The notes: generated from the sequence alone by a model not told the origin. Positions 48,983 to 63,630 are shown, numbered from the whole stretch's first letter. The stretch: 63,984 nt of DNA, filler included, from Octopus bimaculoides (GCF_001194135.2; 7 parts of 5 records of this genome joined end to end with filler, not necessarily neighbours in it); one strand, 5' to 3'. Numbers and translations: made by a program.

Positions 48983-50352
48983 TTTTTTTATGTCCACTTT
49001 TCCATGCCTGTATAAGTTGGATGGCAGATTTTCTACAACTGAGTGCCCTTCCTGTCACCAACCCTCACCTGTTTCCAAGGAAGGTAATATTTCCCCATAG
49101 CCAGACATTGGCAGTGACACTCATTTACAATTATCACACACACACACACACAATGGATGGTTTTGTGTCACCTATACCAGGTATTCTTTTCTACTCTAGG
49201 CACAAGACTCGAAATTTTGAGGGGAGGGGTCAGTTGATTAGACTGACCTCAGTATGCAACTGGCACTTAATTTATCAACCCCCAAAAGGATAAAAGGCAA
49301 AGTCTACCTCGGTGGAATTCGAACTCAGAACATAAAGACAGATGAAATACCTCTAAGCATTTTGCCTGGTGTGCTAACGTTTCTGCCAGCTCACCGCCGC
49401 CTTACCTTTACCAAGTATTAACTCACTCATCCTTCCCCCACTTCTCCGTCACCCCTCTCTATGTGCAGTGTAAAAGGTGTCTGTTTTAATTGCATTCATT
49501 CAGACAAGGAGCAGGCATGGCAGTGTGGTTCAGAAGTTTGTTTCCCAATCACATGGTTTCTGGTTCAGTTCCACTGTGTGGCAGACACTCTGGGGAACTG
49601 TTTTCTTGAGCCAACAAAAGCCTTGTAAGTGGATTTAGAAGACGGAAACTGAATGAAGCCCATTGTACATACATATATGTGTGTTTATGCGTCTGACTTG
49701 ACATCACTTGACAATTGTAAATGAGTGTCATTGTTATACAAGCAGTGTCCTTCATTTCCAGTCTTCCGTGAAAACATGTTTGGCCATGGGGAAATGTTTG
49801 CCTTGTAAGGAAACGGGTAAAGGTTGGCAACAGGAAGGGCATCTGACCGTTGAAAAGTTGCCTTAATGAATTCTAACTCATGCAAGCATGTAAAAGTGGA
49901 CGTTAAAAAATGATAATGCTGTTGTTGATGATGATGACGGTTTACCGTAATGTCCCCTACAGCCTCAATAAATCTGCAGGGAACAGAACAGGAATAAAAT
50001 GTGGACCAACCTAGCACTATTTCTACAACTGTCAAAGACCCAAAAAATCGAGCTCCACTTTTTGTGAAGGTTTCGCTTCTCTCTCTTCTTTACTTTCTTC
50101 TCTCTCTCTCTCTCTTTCTCTCTCCCTTTGTGTACAAACATGTTTGCTTGTATATGAACACGATTTACCTAGCAAGGTCACTTGAGATATCTGTAATCAG
50201 TGTGTGTGTGGGTGTGGGTGTGTGTGTGTGTGNNNNNNNNNNNNNNNNNNNNNNNNNNNNNNNNNNNNNNNNNNNNTTAATTAATTAANNNNNNNNNNNN
50301 NNNNNNNNNNNNNNNNNNNNNNNNNNNNNNNNTGTGTGTGTGTGTGTGTGTA

Positions 50353-50391
<39 letters not shown>

Positions 50392-51319
50392 CAGGGTATT
50401 TGAACATCTCAGAAATTGGGCTGGTTAATGGAACAGATTCCTTTCGTGATTAATTTTCATCGTCTGATGCATGATTCCATTTACTTCTTGTATTCCTTCT
50501 GTATGAAATGAGAAACTGCATAAAGAATTACGTGGAGTGAATGAAATATGTCTCCTTCCTGTTTTCGCGCTTCTGCATACATATACGTGCAGATATTTAC
50601 ACGCACATTCATAAATATGACTGCATAATTACATACATTAACTCGTTCACAAATATGCCTAAAAACAAGGTGAAGAAACGAAAATAATTTAATGCATATA
50701 TGTAATTTTATATGTACCCTCAGATGTGAAATTTGCGGGTATATACTTATGCGTGTGTGTGAGTCTATGTGTGTACGTAGGTACAAACAAGAAATTCAAA
50801 ACTCTACTCAATAAAAGAGATGAGAATTTTTATGATAATTGCAGCTGGTAATTTACGTCTTGCTTTTCGAATTTCATGTCATGATTGGTGACATTAGATT
50901 CGAGTGTGTGTGAAATTTGTGGATAGTTGGTGGAATGGAAAGAGGAGAAAAGAAAGCGGGGGTAGGGGGAATATAGAGAAAATGTAAAGGCTGGATGGGA
51001 AGTTGTTGACGCTTATATGCTGGTTAACTTTTGAATTCAACTGAAGGTTAATGATAAATCTGTAAGGTTGTACATTGTGCGGTCGAGTGTTCAGATTCAT
51101 TGTAGTCAAACACGCGAAATTTCGAATAGTGTTAGTTCGCTTTCACACCGATGGCCTGTTTATACAAAGAATATTGTGAGTTGTGATGAATGATGTAAAT
51201 TGCATGTTCAGATGTTCAAGTAAGACGAAATTTTAGGTGCTCAAGTAAAACGAAATTTTAAAAGCTTGAATGTTGCGAACAGTATGAGCATACATTAGAG
51301 CACTATTAATATTGTCATT

Positions 51320-51702
51320 GTGGAGGCGCAATGGCCCAGTGGTTAGGGTAGCGGACTCGCGGTCATAGGATCGTGGTTTCGATTCCCAGACCGGGCGTTG
51401 TGAGTGTTTTTTGAGCGAAAACACCTAAAGCTCCACGAGGATCCGGCAGGGGATGGTGGCGAATCCTGCTGCACTCTTTCACCACTCTTTCACTCTTACT
51501 TCCTGTTTCAGTTGTGCCTGTAATTCAAAGGGTCAGCCTTGTCACACTGTTTCACGCTGAATCTCCCCGAGAACTACGTTAAGGGTACACGTGGCTGTGG
51601 AGTGCTCATTCACTTGCACGTTAATTTCACGAGCAGGCTCTTCCGTTGATCGGATCAATTGGAACCCTCGACGTCGTAAGCGACGGAGTGCCAACAACAA
51701 CA
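51320..51702 (+). mobile_element. Full-length tRNA-derived SINE (family C) with 12-bp TSD and (CAA)n tail
   Basis: A-box TGGCCCAGTGG, B-box GTTTCGATTCCC, CAACAACAAC end. Flanked by AATATTGTCATT / AATATTATCATT. Confidence 0.95.
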
Positions 51703-52277
51703 AATATTATCATTAAAAAATTTTTTTTTCGCTTAGTCAAAATTTTACATTGAAAAGATTGTCAACAGAAATAAATATTACAGCAAATATCATACAGTTA
51801 TGAGGACTATTTGGGGATTAAAATTTAAAGATTGACATCACAAGACTTGCGCGTTCATGAAGCTATACAATAGTAAATGCGTAAATGTATATATAGAATT
51901 AAAACTTTCTTTAATTATGCGTTATAAAATTGACTTTGGAAACAGGAACGGTTACAAAGATTATGAATTTATGTAAGTTATAAAATTATTGGTATGTCTG
52001 TGAGAATCAGATAGAGGGTTAAGAATCAAGAGGATGTGATTGAAGATCAAAACGAAATTAAAAATTGAGTGTTCTGTACAATGCGTCCACAAAGTTGAGT
52101 AGCTGTAAATATGTATACGTGTACAGATTTGGAAAATATTACTTTTTCAGTTGAATTCAACGATGGATTTTAAAATGATCACGCCAGTGTTCGTGTCTGT
52201 TATACACGTTCGAGTGAAAATTTAAAATGTTACGGGTGGTATGCATTCAACCTACTGGAACAATTATCGATCGATAC

Positions 52278-52390
<113 letters not shown>

Positions 52391-52570
52391 ACTGTATTCG
52401 CTGGAGGCTGGTTAAACAGAATGTGGATTGTTTACGGGGCGTCATGATTTACTTTCCAGGCTTTTGTCGTAATTGCTAGATTCGATTAGGTTGCGTTTGT
52501 TTATAATTTTTGAAGGCGGTGTCCCTGCATGGCCGCAGTCTAATGACAGAAACAAGTAAAAGATAAAAGA

Positions 52571-53031
52571 TACAAGGTGGTATCAAAAAGTTCCTGGACT
52601 AGTTCTATAGCGCGCGAACAGATGGCAGCACACATCTGAGCGCGAAGAATTGAATTCTTCACGGCGACAATGCGCCCTGTCACCAATCTCTCCTCACTTG
52701 TGAATTTCTCATCAAAAGCAACATGGTAACGCTTCTGCACTCGCCCTCTTCGCTAGATTTAGCACCTGCGGACTTCCATTTCTTCCCCAAGACGAAAAGA
52801 CAGCTCAAAGGTCACCGATTTAACACTGTTATCGAGATCCAGTGCGAATCGCAGAAGGTCCTCAACTGGCTAACGGAAAACGACTTCCATGAAGGATTCC
52901 GAAAGTGGGAGGAACGTTAGGCCGGTGTATTGCTGCACAATTTCGAAGGAGATGATGTTAAAACTTTGATAAATAAGTTTTTTTTTATATTAAGCATAAC
53001 TAGTCAAGGAAATTCTTGATATTACCTCGTA
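52571..53031 (+). mobile_element. Internally deleted mariner with 32-bp TIRs and TA TSD
   Basis: TA-CAAGGTGGTATCAAAAAGTTCCTGGACTAGTT...AACTAGTCAAGGAAATTCTTGATATTACCTCG-TA. Encodes LHGDNAPCH...HSPSSLDLAPADFHFFPK. Confidence 0.9.
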
Positions 53032-53529
53032 TGTCTGTTCTCGTGCAAGCGCACAAAACCTCGTTATTGGTGTGTTGCCCACTTTCGTCTTGAAGGAGTA
53101 TTGCAACCTTCTCCGCTAAAAGAATCAGCGCTTAACGTTAGGTCGCGCATTTCCTTGTTTATAGACGAGCACGAAATTTAACAAGGTACAATTTAAAACT
53201 GTCATCCTAACTCCCAGAATTCATTGCACATTAACATCTCACCTGATCACGTACAATTGAACATGTATACATACACTCTTACAAACACAGAACTTCATGT
53301 GACTTACATCACATGATTAATTTGATTTTCATCCATCATCTAGCACTTAATTTATCTCCTTCCCATAGATACACAATAGAGCTTATTATAGTTTTGCATG
53401 AAAGACCCCTAGATCTGTTCGCCCTTGTTTTCGTCGTCGTCACTGTTGCTGTGGTCCAAATATTTCTGGAAGTACATCGGCTTTCTATTGTATTATCAAG
53501 GACGGAATCTCAAAATCAGCTATAGAGTG

Positions 53530-54560
53530 TGTGTTGGTAATAGATGGACTTCCTGACCAGCGGAACCTGTGTCACAAGAAGCGAAAAAGCATGCGCTCCA
53601 GTCTTTTTAGACGTTGCATGGGCAAGTTCAGCGATCATGCAATAGTATATTACCGATTCAATGTATGACAATGCATGTAATTACTACTTACATCCGACCT
53701 TACAGAGACAGCTTCCCTGAGGCCCATTTCTGAGTAAGATTGGCTCCTCTGCTCATGACTTCTTCCCATTTCCTTTCTACATCAAAGTTTGGTCCGAACC
53801 TGATTCCAAGAACTTTCACTGCGTCTTCAATCTATCGTCATACATAACCGCTGGTCTCATGAGATACTTAGTTGCCTTGTGAAATGCTTAATTGCAAGCC
53901 TAACGGCTTGTTCTGTTTTATGTGTGTTCCTTTCAGTATAGTATCGATCGCTTCTATATCCGAAGTGTTCGACACCATAACAATGACATGACAGTTGTCT
54001 CAATCGGGACAGCCCTCAAACTCTCCATCATTCACAACAAAGGCTCCAGAGCCAAAATATACAGAAGAGAAAAAGGAAACACATGTCGGACCGAATGCCC
54101 GATGTTAAATGGTTCCGAAAGGCGGCTGTGAAATTTGGCCATTGGACAGATACCGCCGTACTTTATGGCGAGGCACCCTCTGAATACGGAACCGCAATCA
54201 ATAGCTTTTATAAGTCACCAGATAGCGATGGTTCACCCTATAGGATGCTTTGAACTGATCTAGACTGACCAGCAGCCCGCCAAAATCAATTATTCTGGCC
54301 TGATCCCTACGAGGAGGTACATTGGTGACCCTGACCTTGGACACATGATATCTTATGTATATGGATATCAAACAAAACAGCTAGGACTTTCAAGTGAAAT
54401 GATCACTACCTTCCCTTGTTGCATTTCCCTGAATATACACACCAAGGAAGGCTTCAACTCTTTTAGGCATTTCTCAATTTCCGCTGGGGATGGCTCTTGT
54501 GACACCCACTCTATGCGATCAATGCAGTTGTAAATAATGGTCTTTTTAGTGAACATAATG
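53530..54560 (-). mobile_element. L1/Tx1 ORF2 reverse transcriptase remnant
   Basis: LSEPFNIGHSVRH...SLLYILALEPLL; VKVLGIRFGPNFDVERKWEEVMSRG; ALSYIESVIYY. Many disruptions. Confidence 0.75.
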
Positions 54561-55371
54561 TCCTCTTCTTAGATCAACAACACTCAAGGGAGAACGATAC
54601 CATTCATATAATATTTGTAATTGTCTCAGCTTTTCCTTCGAGTAACTGTGATATCTACTGGTTTGTGAAATGAGTGAAGGATGTTTTTTTACCTTTATCG
54701 ATTTGCTGTCATTAGTGTTGCTAATGTTATTGCTTTTGTCGATTCAAGAGCCCCGGGCCAAAAGTCCTTCGGAACAGACTAGCCACTTGATTTTCGCCGA
54801 TGGCCGAAGATGGGGCAAGGCATGACAGATGGTAAAAGATGGTGAGATGATGATGGAGTCATTTGCAACCATTCCCAGCCGTTCAAATATAGCTTCCTCT
54901 CGGTCTATTTCTGAGTGAGACTGGTCACCCTACTCGTCCCAGTTCACCACCTGGAAATGTGGAGCAAATCAGACCCCGAACAATTTAAAAGTCAGTCCGT
55001 CTGAGACTTGGCTCACTCGTGAAATATAACGAAAATTCATACATCATTATAATATAACACACACGCTCACGTGCACACATACACGCACACCTGTTGGCCC
55101 AAATACATACAAGGCATCTATGATCGCACGCATGATCCCTAAGACACTCAGACATCCATACTCAGTCATACGTGCACAAACGCACCACACACAAAGGTTA
55201 CGCATACAGGCACCGGTACCTATACGTATATACTCCTGCTCACATGCTCACACATTCACAGATACGTACACTATGAAAGTATATGGAGGAATAAGGATGG
55301 TTCAACACATGTAGAAGCACCTGTGTGCATACACACGCACACATATTTAAAAGAAGTCGAACACACACACG

Positions 55372-55445
<74 letters not shown>

Positions 55446-55699
55446 CTCACTATCTTACTCCTCACTCACTTACACACCCACACACACCGACCGCAAAGAG
55501 AGCAGTCATGTTATCGGTTCAGAGATGCAAAGGTAATGGGACTATAAAAATGATAGCGAAAAGAATTGTAGCAAAAACATAAAAAGGAAAGAAAAAGATG
55601 GAAAATAGGATTGGAATAGTTAAATGGTATCAATAAAAATTAAATAAGTTAGTGAATTATTTATCAAATCCTCATCAACTTTTTCAAATTTCATTTCAA

Positions 55700-56900
55700 G
55701 AAGAAGGTAAAAAGGGAGAAGACGCTGCTTTCCCCAGTAAATTTTTTGATCGTTTTGGAAACTGAGGGAGAGTAGCAAATTAGTGCGTACGAATGGGCCT
55801 TCAAGGACAAGGTCATTGAGGTTTTATGGGGGTTTTCTTTGGTATATTTATGTTTTGTTGGGTAATGTTTACGGGTCAAATTTATGAAATTCTTGGCAAA
55901 TTTGATTTCACATTGAAGTTGTGCGTACGTTTCAATAAAATTACATTACAGTGGTTAATTTTGAATTTGTTAGCTGAGTGTAAGTCAAGTTTGGGGATAA
56001 AAAATATTTTATCTACATTCACTGTTCTCCAGCACCACTTTGCAGAGCTTTACAGCTCCATCGAATATTCTTTTTTCTAAATAGATGATGGCGTGTTTTT
56101 GACCAATGTTGCTGACAAAGTTCTTAAAATGTGATGAAGTTTCTGAAAATGATCCTTCGTGTTGTCTTCTGTATGGTTTGTATTTGTATGTAAGATCTAA
56201 GGTGATGTTTAGAAAATTCCGTGCTGTTATATTGGTCGCGGTAGTAATATTAAGTCCTACTAATTACGTCTTTCTGTTTCTAGGTTTTAGGTATTAAGCT
56301 CAGATATAAACTTTTCCTAGGAAGAATAATCGAACCAATTTATCGATCTCTGTTCTGACAGTATAGTCCATTGTGAGTCTAAATGGACCATTATTGAGTT
56401 TCATCCTTGCAGAGTCCCTATAGAAATTCGTGGCTTTCTGGCATCGAGATTGCAATTGTAAATACCACAATGTGTCATTCCAGATTCCAGGGACTTAGTG
56501 AAGAAATCTGGAAATTGGCGGCTAGGATTCCAGAATATTGAACTGGGTAAATTTGCATCTACTTTCATTTCTAATGTTGTTAAACCATTTAACTATTGTA
56601 CTGGCATTATTTCATTGTCAAAATCTCATGCCATTAATGCAGCTTTGTATGCCTTTGGCAACCTTTCACGCATAATCCTTATTCAGATTTACAAACCTGT
56701 ATTTAGAATTTGTGGCGAAATTGTTAAGGTCTCCAAACGTTGTGGGTTTATGTAAGGTTCACGTTTGATTAATCCGTGCATTTTCTGTGCTAGTATGTGT
56801 CATGGATGCTTTTGCTTTATAATCACCATTATTGTTGGTGTTTTTGTTAGTTTTCTTGTATTTTTATGATATTATTTATTAAATGTATATTTCGTGTTTT
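55700..56900 (-). mobile_element. Penelope-like element RT remnant
   Basis: GLNITTATNITARNFLNITLDLTYKYKPYR and KFAKNFINLTRKHYPTKHKY match the PLE RT palm-thumb region. Confidence 0.75.
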
Positions 56901-57479
56901 GTATAGTTTGAGTAATCTTTTCTTGACTAATCTTAAAATTATGTAGATTTATTAGAGTTCCTAACAGTCCTAATACCAGGTTTCAATTTACAGTGGAAAA
57001 TATTACTGCATTTTTAAAACTGTCCTGCATTTGTTAATTTTCGAGTCCTTTGATCTGGATTCGGCAGTTCCGGATTTTTATTTCAAATGTGTCATTCGGT
57101 AGAGTTACATGGATAATCACGGAAAACTGTGCTTTCCATGGCATTCTGTTAAGTTTTCCTTTTTATTGATCAACCACTTTATGTAAAATCTTTGTTGTAT
57201 AGAGATATCTTTCATCCAGTACGGGAGAGTATGTACTTCGAAGAAAATTATATTTAGTTCGTCGTGTGTTTGTTGGCGACGCTGTATGTGGTAAAACTAC
57301 GAACTGAGAGCTATCAAGACAAAGTAAATAAACAAGTGCACTCGGAAAACCGAAGGTTCGTAGATCACCATCTTGTAAGTAAGATTTATTCGAATATATA
57401 TGTGTGTGTGTGTGAAGAGAGAGAGAGGGGGAGGGGGATAAACAGACAGAGAGAGATAGCTTTATAAGGCAGGTGTGTA

Positions 57480-58620
57480 TGTATAATACTTATGTTTCTT
57501 TATTCTCCGGAGTCTCTTGTCGTTTCACCAAATGAGGATTTAGCAGGACACGGCTGCATAGTATGCTTAGCTCAATGTTTCGTCGTTTCATCTTATGTGG
57601 GAATTCAGGCCTCGCCAAAATCTGCGTATCCGGTTGCAGACGTTGCATCAGTGGTCTCCATCATTTGGGGTAAATCTGTCCGAAACTTGCCGTATGACTG
57701 AGGAATATATTGCAAACAAGATGGTAGTGGTAGTGAGCGGGGGTGCATTACAGACTCCTGTTTGGCTCCATTCTTTACAGGGAAAGTATCAGAAGCTGAA
57801 CTGTCTTCCATCACAGAGGCTACCATACCCTTGTAAAATAAGCTTATTACTCTGACCATTTCGTAGGGGAGAACAATAAAACTTATGCAGACATTTCCAG
57901 TGGACATCACAGTTAGCCATATCAAAGGCTTTTTTTAAAATTAACAAAGTACAAATACAATTCCTGGTTCTGCTCTCTGGACATCTCCGGACCTGGTGTG
58001 AAGTGAATATCATCTCAATTGTTCCTCGACAACCACGGAATCTGCATTGAGTTTGTATCCACTCGGTGAAGAATAATCCTGTTGAACATAAATCTGTCAA
58101 ATATTTTATCGACAGTGGAAAGGAGTAATAGGCCTCGATGTTTGTCGCAACAGTAGTTGGTACCTTTTCGTTTGTATAGATGTACTCTAGAGGCATCTTT
58201 GTACTCATGTGGAGCAACCCCTCGGTTCCATATGTTCTTGAAAAGCATGGTGAATTTTTTAACTAGTTAGGCCTCTCCATACTTGTAGACCTCGCTTGGA
58301 ATGCTGCCAGAGCCTGGTAGCTTCTCGATAGATAGCAGCTTTATGGCTTTTATCACTTCTGACAGATATGGTTCCAGATCAAGCTGGTCTAAGGTAGTAT
58401 GTTGTTTGAAGGAATCAATGGCCTCTTTGTTCACTGTTGACACTGGATTTTGGACTGTGCTGAAGTGCTCTGCTCAACGAGAGAGGATATCATTCTTGTC
58501 TGTAAGAAGCTAGATGCTATCTGATGTGAGAATAGGTGCCCTGAGGCACTCAGAGAAGTTCTTCATATCATGCTTGTCAACAAATGCTTGTAGTTCAGAT
58601 GTTCCATTATAGGTTCTTCA
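57480..58620 (-). mobile_element. RTE LINE RT remnant
   Basis: DILSR*AEHFS; EVIKAIKLLSIEKLPGSGSIPSEVYK; VHLYKRKG...CDKHRGLLLLSTVDKIF; FKKAFDM. Confidence 0.85.
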
Positions 58621-59582
58621 TGAATCTCAGTCTGGTCTTTCGATGTTTAACACTATTCTATACACTTCCTACCGAACAACGCAATCTTGAACGCAACGAT
58701 TTTCTAACATCGCCCTCAACTATGGAAGTATATGGAACCTATAATATGGAATGTAAATACTTTCCTAATTGAACATATCCGTTTCTTAAAATCTTTCACC
58801 AACGAATGTCAAGATTAGATTTACAAAATAATCAATAAGTATAATACAAAAAAAAATTAGTATGGAGCTGGACACCACTCACATATAAGGATTGACATCA
58901 TGCTGAATGCATCCACGCAGTTCGGTCAAATAATTGATTTCGTGTGAACTATTCTGGCTGAAAGATGTGCACTAATAAAGTTGCTTGTGTCATGTTATTC
59001 TAAGTATATTATTGACGTTGATATATAAGCATGTACCGAAAGAAAGCTCTCAAGATTGACAGTGTTTAAAGAACGGAAGTGTTCGCTTAGGAAATCATTT
59101 CCATTCTCCATTAATTATCCACTGATAAGATTGACGTCTTAAAATATAAGACCAATCAGAAGTGTATGTCCTTTCGTCATCTTAGGTGTTGTCTATTCTT
59201 CCATCAGTCGCGTATCTATTGATAAAGCAATCACCTGAAGGTATGCCTGATATGAGAAAAGAAAAACATTTTGAATTTTTAAACGATACTATACACATCC
59301 TCTTACACGCCAAGTCAATTACTTATCGAATTTTTCATTTAGTTGTAAATTGTATTCATACACACGCACACACATTCATTATAGACGCTTACATATGCAT
59401 ACACACAAATACACACATACGTACAAACATACAAACATACATACATACGTACGTACGTATGTATGGGTGTATGTATGTATGTATGTATGTATGTATAAAT
59501 ATATAATATGATATAATATACATATATAATATAATATACATACATACCTATATCTTACAGTTCTATATTTAAGAGATGAGGA

Positions 59583-59706
59583 ATTATTTACATTATTTAC
59601 ATTTGACGGATATTTGTCCTCATCTTGTTTGTTGTTAACACAACGTTGTGTTAACAACAAACAAGATGAGGACAAATATCCGTCAAATGTAAATAATGTA
59701 AATAAT
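59583..59706. repeat. Perfect 124-bp palindrome derived from the hammerhead-element tail
   Basis: 62-bp arms with no mismatch and no loop, centred on CAAC|GTTG. The arms equal the sequence 3' of GAAAC in the copies at 25441-25505 and 24957-25062. Confidence 0.95.
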
Positions 59707-60965
59707 ATACCTATATCTATCTAATACATAAAATAGAGATGTGTGCGTATTAACTTTTCATGCGAAAACAGTTTCACCAACTACTCCCATACTTGTGATG
59801 GATGAATAATTTTAATTTGGACATATAATAGGGTCTTCATTTTAAATTGCATCCCAATTGAAGAATAACTTCAATTTAGAATAACAAATTTCTATACAAC
59901 ATATTTTGCTTTTTCTTTTAATATGTAAGAAAAAATGTCATTCCCGGGCAACGCCAGGTGCCTCTGTTAGTATATATACATACATATATATATATATATA
60001 TANNNNNNNNNNNNNNNNNNNNNNNNNNNNNNNNNNNNNNNNNNNNNNNNNNNNNNNNNNNNNNNNNNNNNNNNNNNNNNNNNNNNNNNNNNNNNNNNNN
60101 NNNNNNNNNNNNNNNNNNNNNNNNNNNNNNNNNNNNNNNNNNNNNNNNNNNNNNNNNNNNNNNNNNNNNNNNNNNNNNNNNNNNNNNNNNNNNNNNNNNN
60201 NNNNNNNNNNNNNNNNNNNNNNNNNNNNNNNNNNNNNNNNNNNNNNNNNNNNNNNNNNNNNNNNNNNNNNNNNNNNNNNNNNNNNNNNNNNNNNNNNNNN
60301 NNNNNNNNNNNNNNNNNNNNNNNNNNNNNNNNNNNNNNNNNNNNNNNNNNNNNNNNNNNNNNNNNNNNNNNNNNNNNNNNNNNNNNNNNNNNNNNNNNNN
60401 NNNNNNNNNNNNNNNNNNNNNNNNNNNNNNNNNNNNNNNNNNNNNNNNNNNNNNNNNNNNNNNNNNNNNNNNNNNNNNNNNNNNNNNNNNNNNNNNNNNN
60501 NNNNNNNNNNNNNNNNNNNNNNNNNNNNNNNNNNNNNNNNNNNNNNNNNNNNNNNNNNNNNNNNNNNNNNNNNNNNNNNNNNNNNNNNNNNNNNNNNNNN
60601 NNNNNNNNNNNNNNNNNNNNNNNNNNNNNNNNNNNNNNNNNNNNNNNNNNNNTATTCATAAAAAATGCCTTTGAAGAAAAAATTTAAATTCTACAATGAA
60701 TTCCCAGGAGTCGAGCACAGTGGATTTGAATCTTCACTGATTAGTAATTCCTAATCTAAATATTTTCAATGGGTAAGGCAGCGACCTGACAGAAACGTTA
60801 GCACGCCGGTCGAACTGCTTCGCGGTATAACGGCTCTGTGAATTATCGTGAATTATTGTGAATACTGTTGTGTTACTTTGTGAAAACTGTCTCGGTAAAT
60901 AATTGTGATTCTTGTTGAATTATTACGGTTACGTTTCACACGAGCTGCTGCATTTTTTCCCAGCT

Positions 60966-61672
60966 ATGGCAAGTAATAGTGTCTCCAGTATGGAGAGCTA
61001 CGCCAAGGCCACTGCGGTGAGGAAGCCAGTGCTGCTGGAAACCAAGTTAATCAAGTTGGATATGGAGGAGGTGACCAGAAGCAGGAATTTGATAGAAGTT
61101 GAGGGAGTCTCATACAAATTGTGTCCCCCAAAAGAGCTAAAGAAAACAAAATTCTGAGGACAGTTGTGTATCGTACACAGGCTGTCGAAACCTGTAAAAT
61201 TGAAATGGTGACGGAAGAGGAAATCGAGGAGTGTTTGGGTGAAATTGTGAATGAAGCCACATACATCAACAGAGGAAAAAAGTTCGGTACGGTAGAGGTG
61301 AGGTTCGCGACTATAGAAGAGGCAACCGAGCATGCAACCAACATTTTAAGAAGTGAAAAAATAGCATTACTACCAAGTTATAGAGGAAGAAAAAGTGTGA
61401 AAATACGTATTCCCAGAGTTACACCAGAAATTAAACCAGAGTGGTTGGTTGCAACAATGCTGGCTGCAACCAAGGAGGAGCCGGAATTGGGACCAGTGGC
61501 GAAATCAAAAGTGCGCAAATGGTGGAGATTTGGACTCGAAATGTGGCTTTTTGCCACATTCGAGGACATAGAAAGAATTCCCTACCAGATAGAAGTGGAG
61601 GATGAGAGAACGTTAAATGTTGTAGTCGAGGGAAGGAAACCAAATTGCTACATATGCGGAGAAAGAGGTCAT
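60966..61672 (+). mobile_element. L1/Tx1-type LINE ORF1 (RRM-like plus zinc knuckle), one frameshift near 61140, truncated by a gap
   Basis: MASNSVSSMESYAKA...RGKKFGTVEVRFAT...PSYRGRKSVKIRI...IPYQIEVEDERTLNVVVEGRKPNCYICGERGH (CX2CX4H). The 5'UTR directly follows the 5' half of a family A SINE. Confidence 0.8.
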
Positions 61673-61772
61673 NNNNNNNNNNNNNNNNNNNNNNNNNNNN
61701 NNNNNNNNNNNNNNNNTTAATTAATTAANNNNNNNNNNNNNNNNNNNNNNNNNNNNNNNNNNNNNNNNNNNN

Positions 61773-61817
<45 letters not shown>

Positions 61818-61878
61818 TCAAGTACATTTAGAAGAAATTCAAATGCATAATTGATTAAGAACTTCAGGAATAATGGTG

Positions 61879-61918
<40 letters not shown>

Positions 61919-63060
61919 TTATAATTATAATAATAAAAACATGCAAAGAAATATATAACGAAAATCTCAAGACTTATTTACACATGCACACACACACACA
62001 CACACTCACGGGCGTGCACACGTATACACATATATAGCATTCAGGAAAAAAATAGTAAGTATTGCAGGCACATAAACGTATTGCGTTCCAACACAACGAA
62101 AAAGAAATAAAATACAAACAAGAATCAGCCCCCACCAGCAAAAAATGCAAACACCCAACGCACACAAGGCTGTGTTGGGTTGTGTTGCGAAAGCTCGCGA
62201 AATGGAAACAAAAATAAAGATAACATAATTCTACTAAAATAATGATGATTGATAATGATGATGATACAGATGACGACGGTGATGACGAAGAGAGTAACGT
62301 TGATGATGTTCATGATGGTGATGATGATGACGACGATGATGACGAAGAGGATAATGTCGATGACGTTCGTGCTGCTGCTGCTGCTGCCGATGATGACGAT
62401 GATGACAAAGACGATAACGTTAATGATGTTTATGATGATGACGTCGGAGATGATATTATTAGATATTTGGACATTTCCAGCGAAGACAATAATAGTATTA
62501 ATTCTAGTGTTAAGAGAAAATCTTTCTTAGAGCTCTCAGACTGAGAAGAAACCCTGGTGTCTTTACTAGAGGTTTTCCTTAGCCTAAAAAGTGTAGAAAA
62601 TAGTTTTCCTTGGAGGTAGTGTGGGATTTGAGGGTAAGATGGCTGCCATTTGTAGAAAGTAGAAGCTGAAGTAGTTTCTGGCTAAAAAAAAACCAAAAAA
62701 AAAACCAAACTTTGAGACGCAGTTGTGACTCTGTGATAAATACTATGATTGCTATGAGATATCACAAAAAGTCATGGGATCTAACATTGACAAGGTTCAT
62801 AAAGGATTTAGATGCGAGTTGTTCTTCATTGAAGAAAAGAAGGGTTGTGTTTCTTTAATATATGTTGTTAAGGTTTACATCTGTTGCAGGAGACAGCCGT
62901 CATGTCTCAGTTGGAGAAGGTCTCAAGATCTTTCAGCTTGAAAGTGGTGCACGTCAGGCAAAAGTAGGTACCTGTGAATAATGCCTGAATAATTTGGCCT
63001 ACTGCTGCTATGCAACAACAACAACAACTACTACTACTACAAGTAATAATAATAATAATG

Positions 63061-63157
<97 letters not shown>

Positions 63158-63180
63158 TAATAATAATAATAATAATAATA

Positions 63181-63630
63181 TTTGCTTGTCAGTTGTTTGA
63201 CCTTAACCAGTTGAGCATGTCCTTTAGTGGCCGACGATATATGCATCTCTGATCATGAGCAGAAGTAGTGGGGAACCATCATAGCCATTTGTTGAGAGGA
63301 ATTGTTTTAGGGTTTGGATAATTATCCAAACCCCAAAACAATTCCTGGAAACACGGGTGTTTCGTTCAACATCCTTAAATAATCCTTATTCAGGGACTTT
63401 TTGAGGGGATGAGCTACTCAACCTGAATAAAATTCTAACTGGATCCCGCCTGTAAGATCATGCGCTGTTTATCTTGATATGAGATCACCACGTCGCGCAC
63501 ATAGGGTTGTGATGCATGTGCCTGGTGTACCCTCATCAAACGGGTAATCACGATGAGTATACTGGGCTTCGTATATTTTACCCCAGTGTCACTTTGATGG
63601 TATGCACTACTTTCTCACTCAATAATAATA
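63181..63630 (-). repeat. Second copy of the unclassified (ATT)n-flanked repeat
   Basis: Reverse-complement homologue of 24217-24690. Confidence 0.85.

Noticed and set aside
62242-62544. Asp-rich 100-aa ORF
   Set aside because: Derived from a degenerate (GAT)n tract. No splice or domain support.
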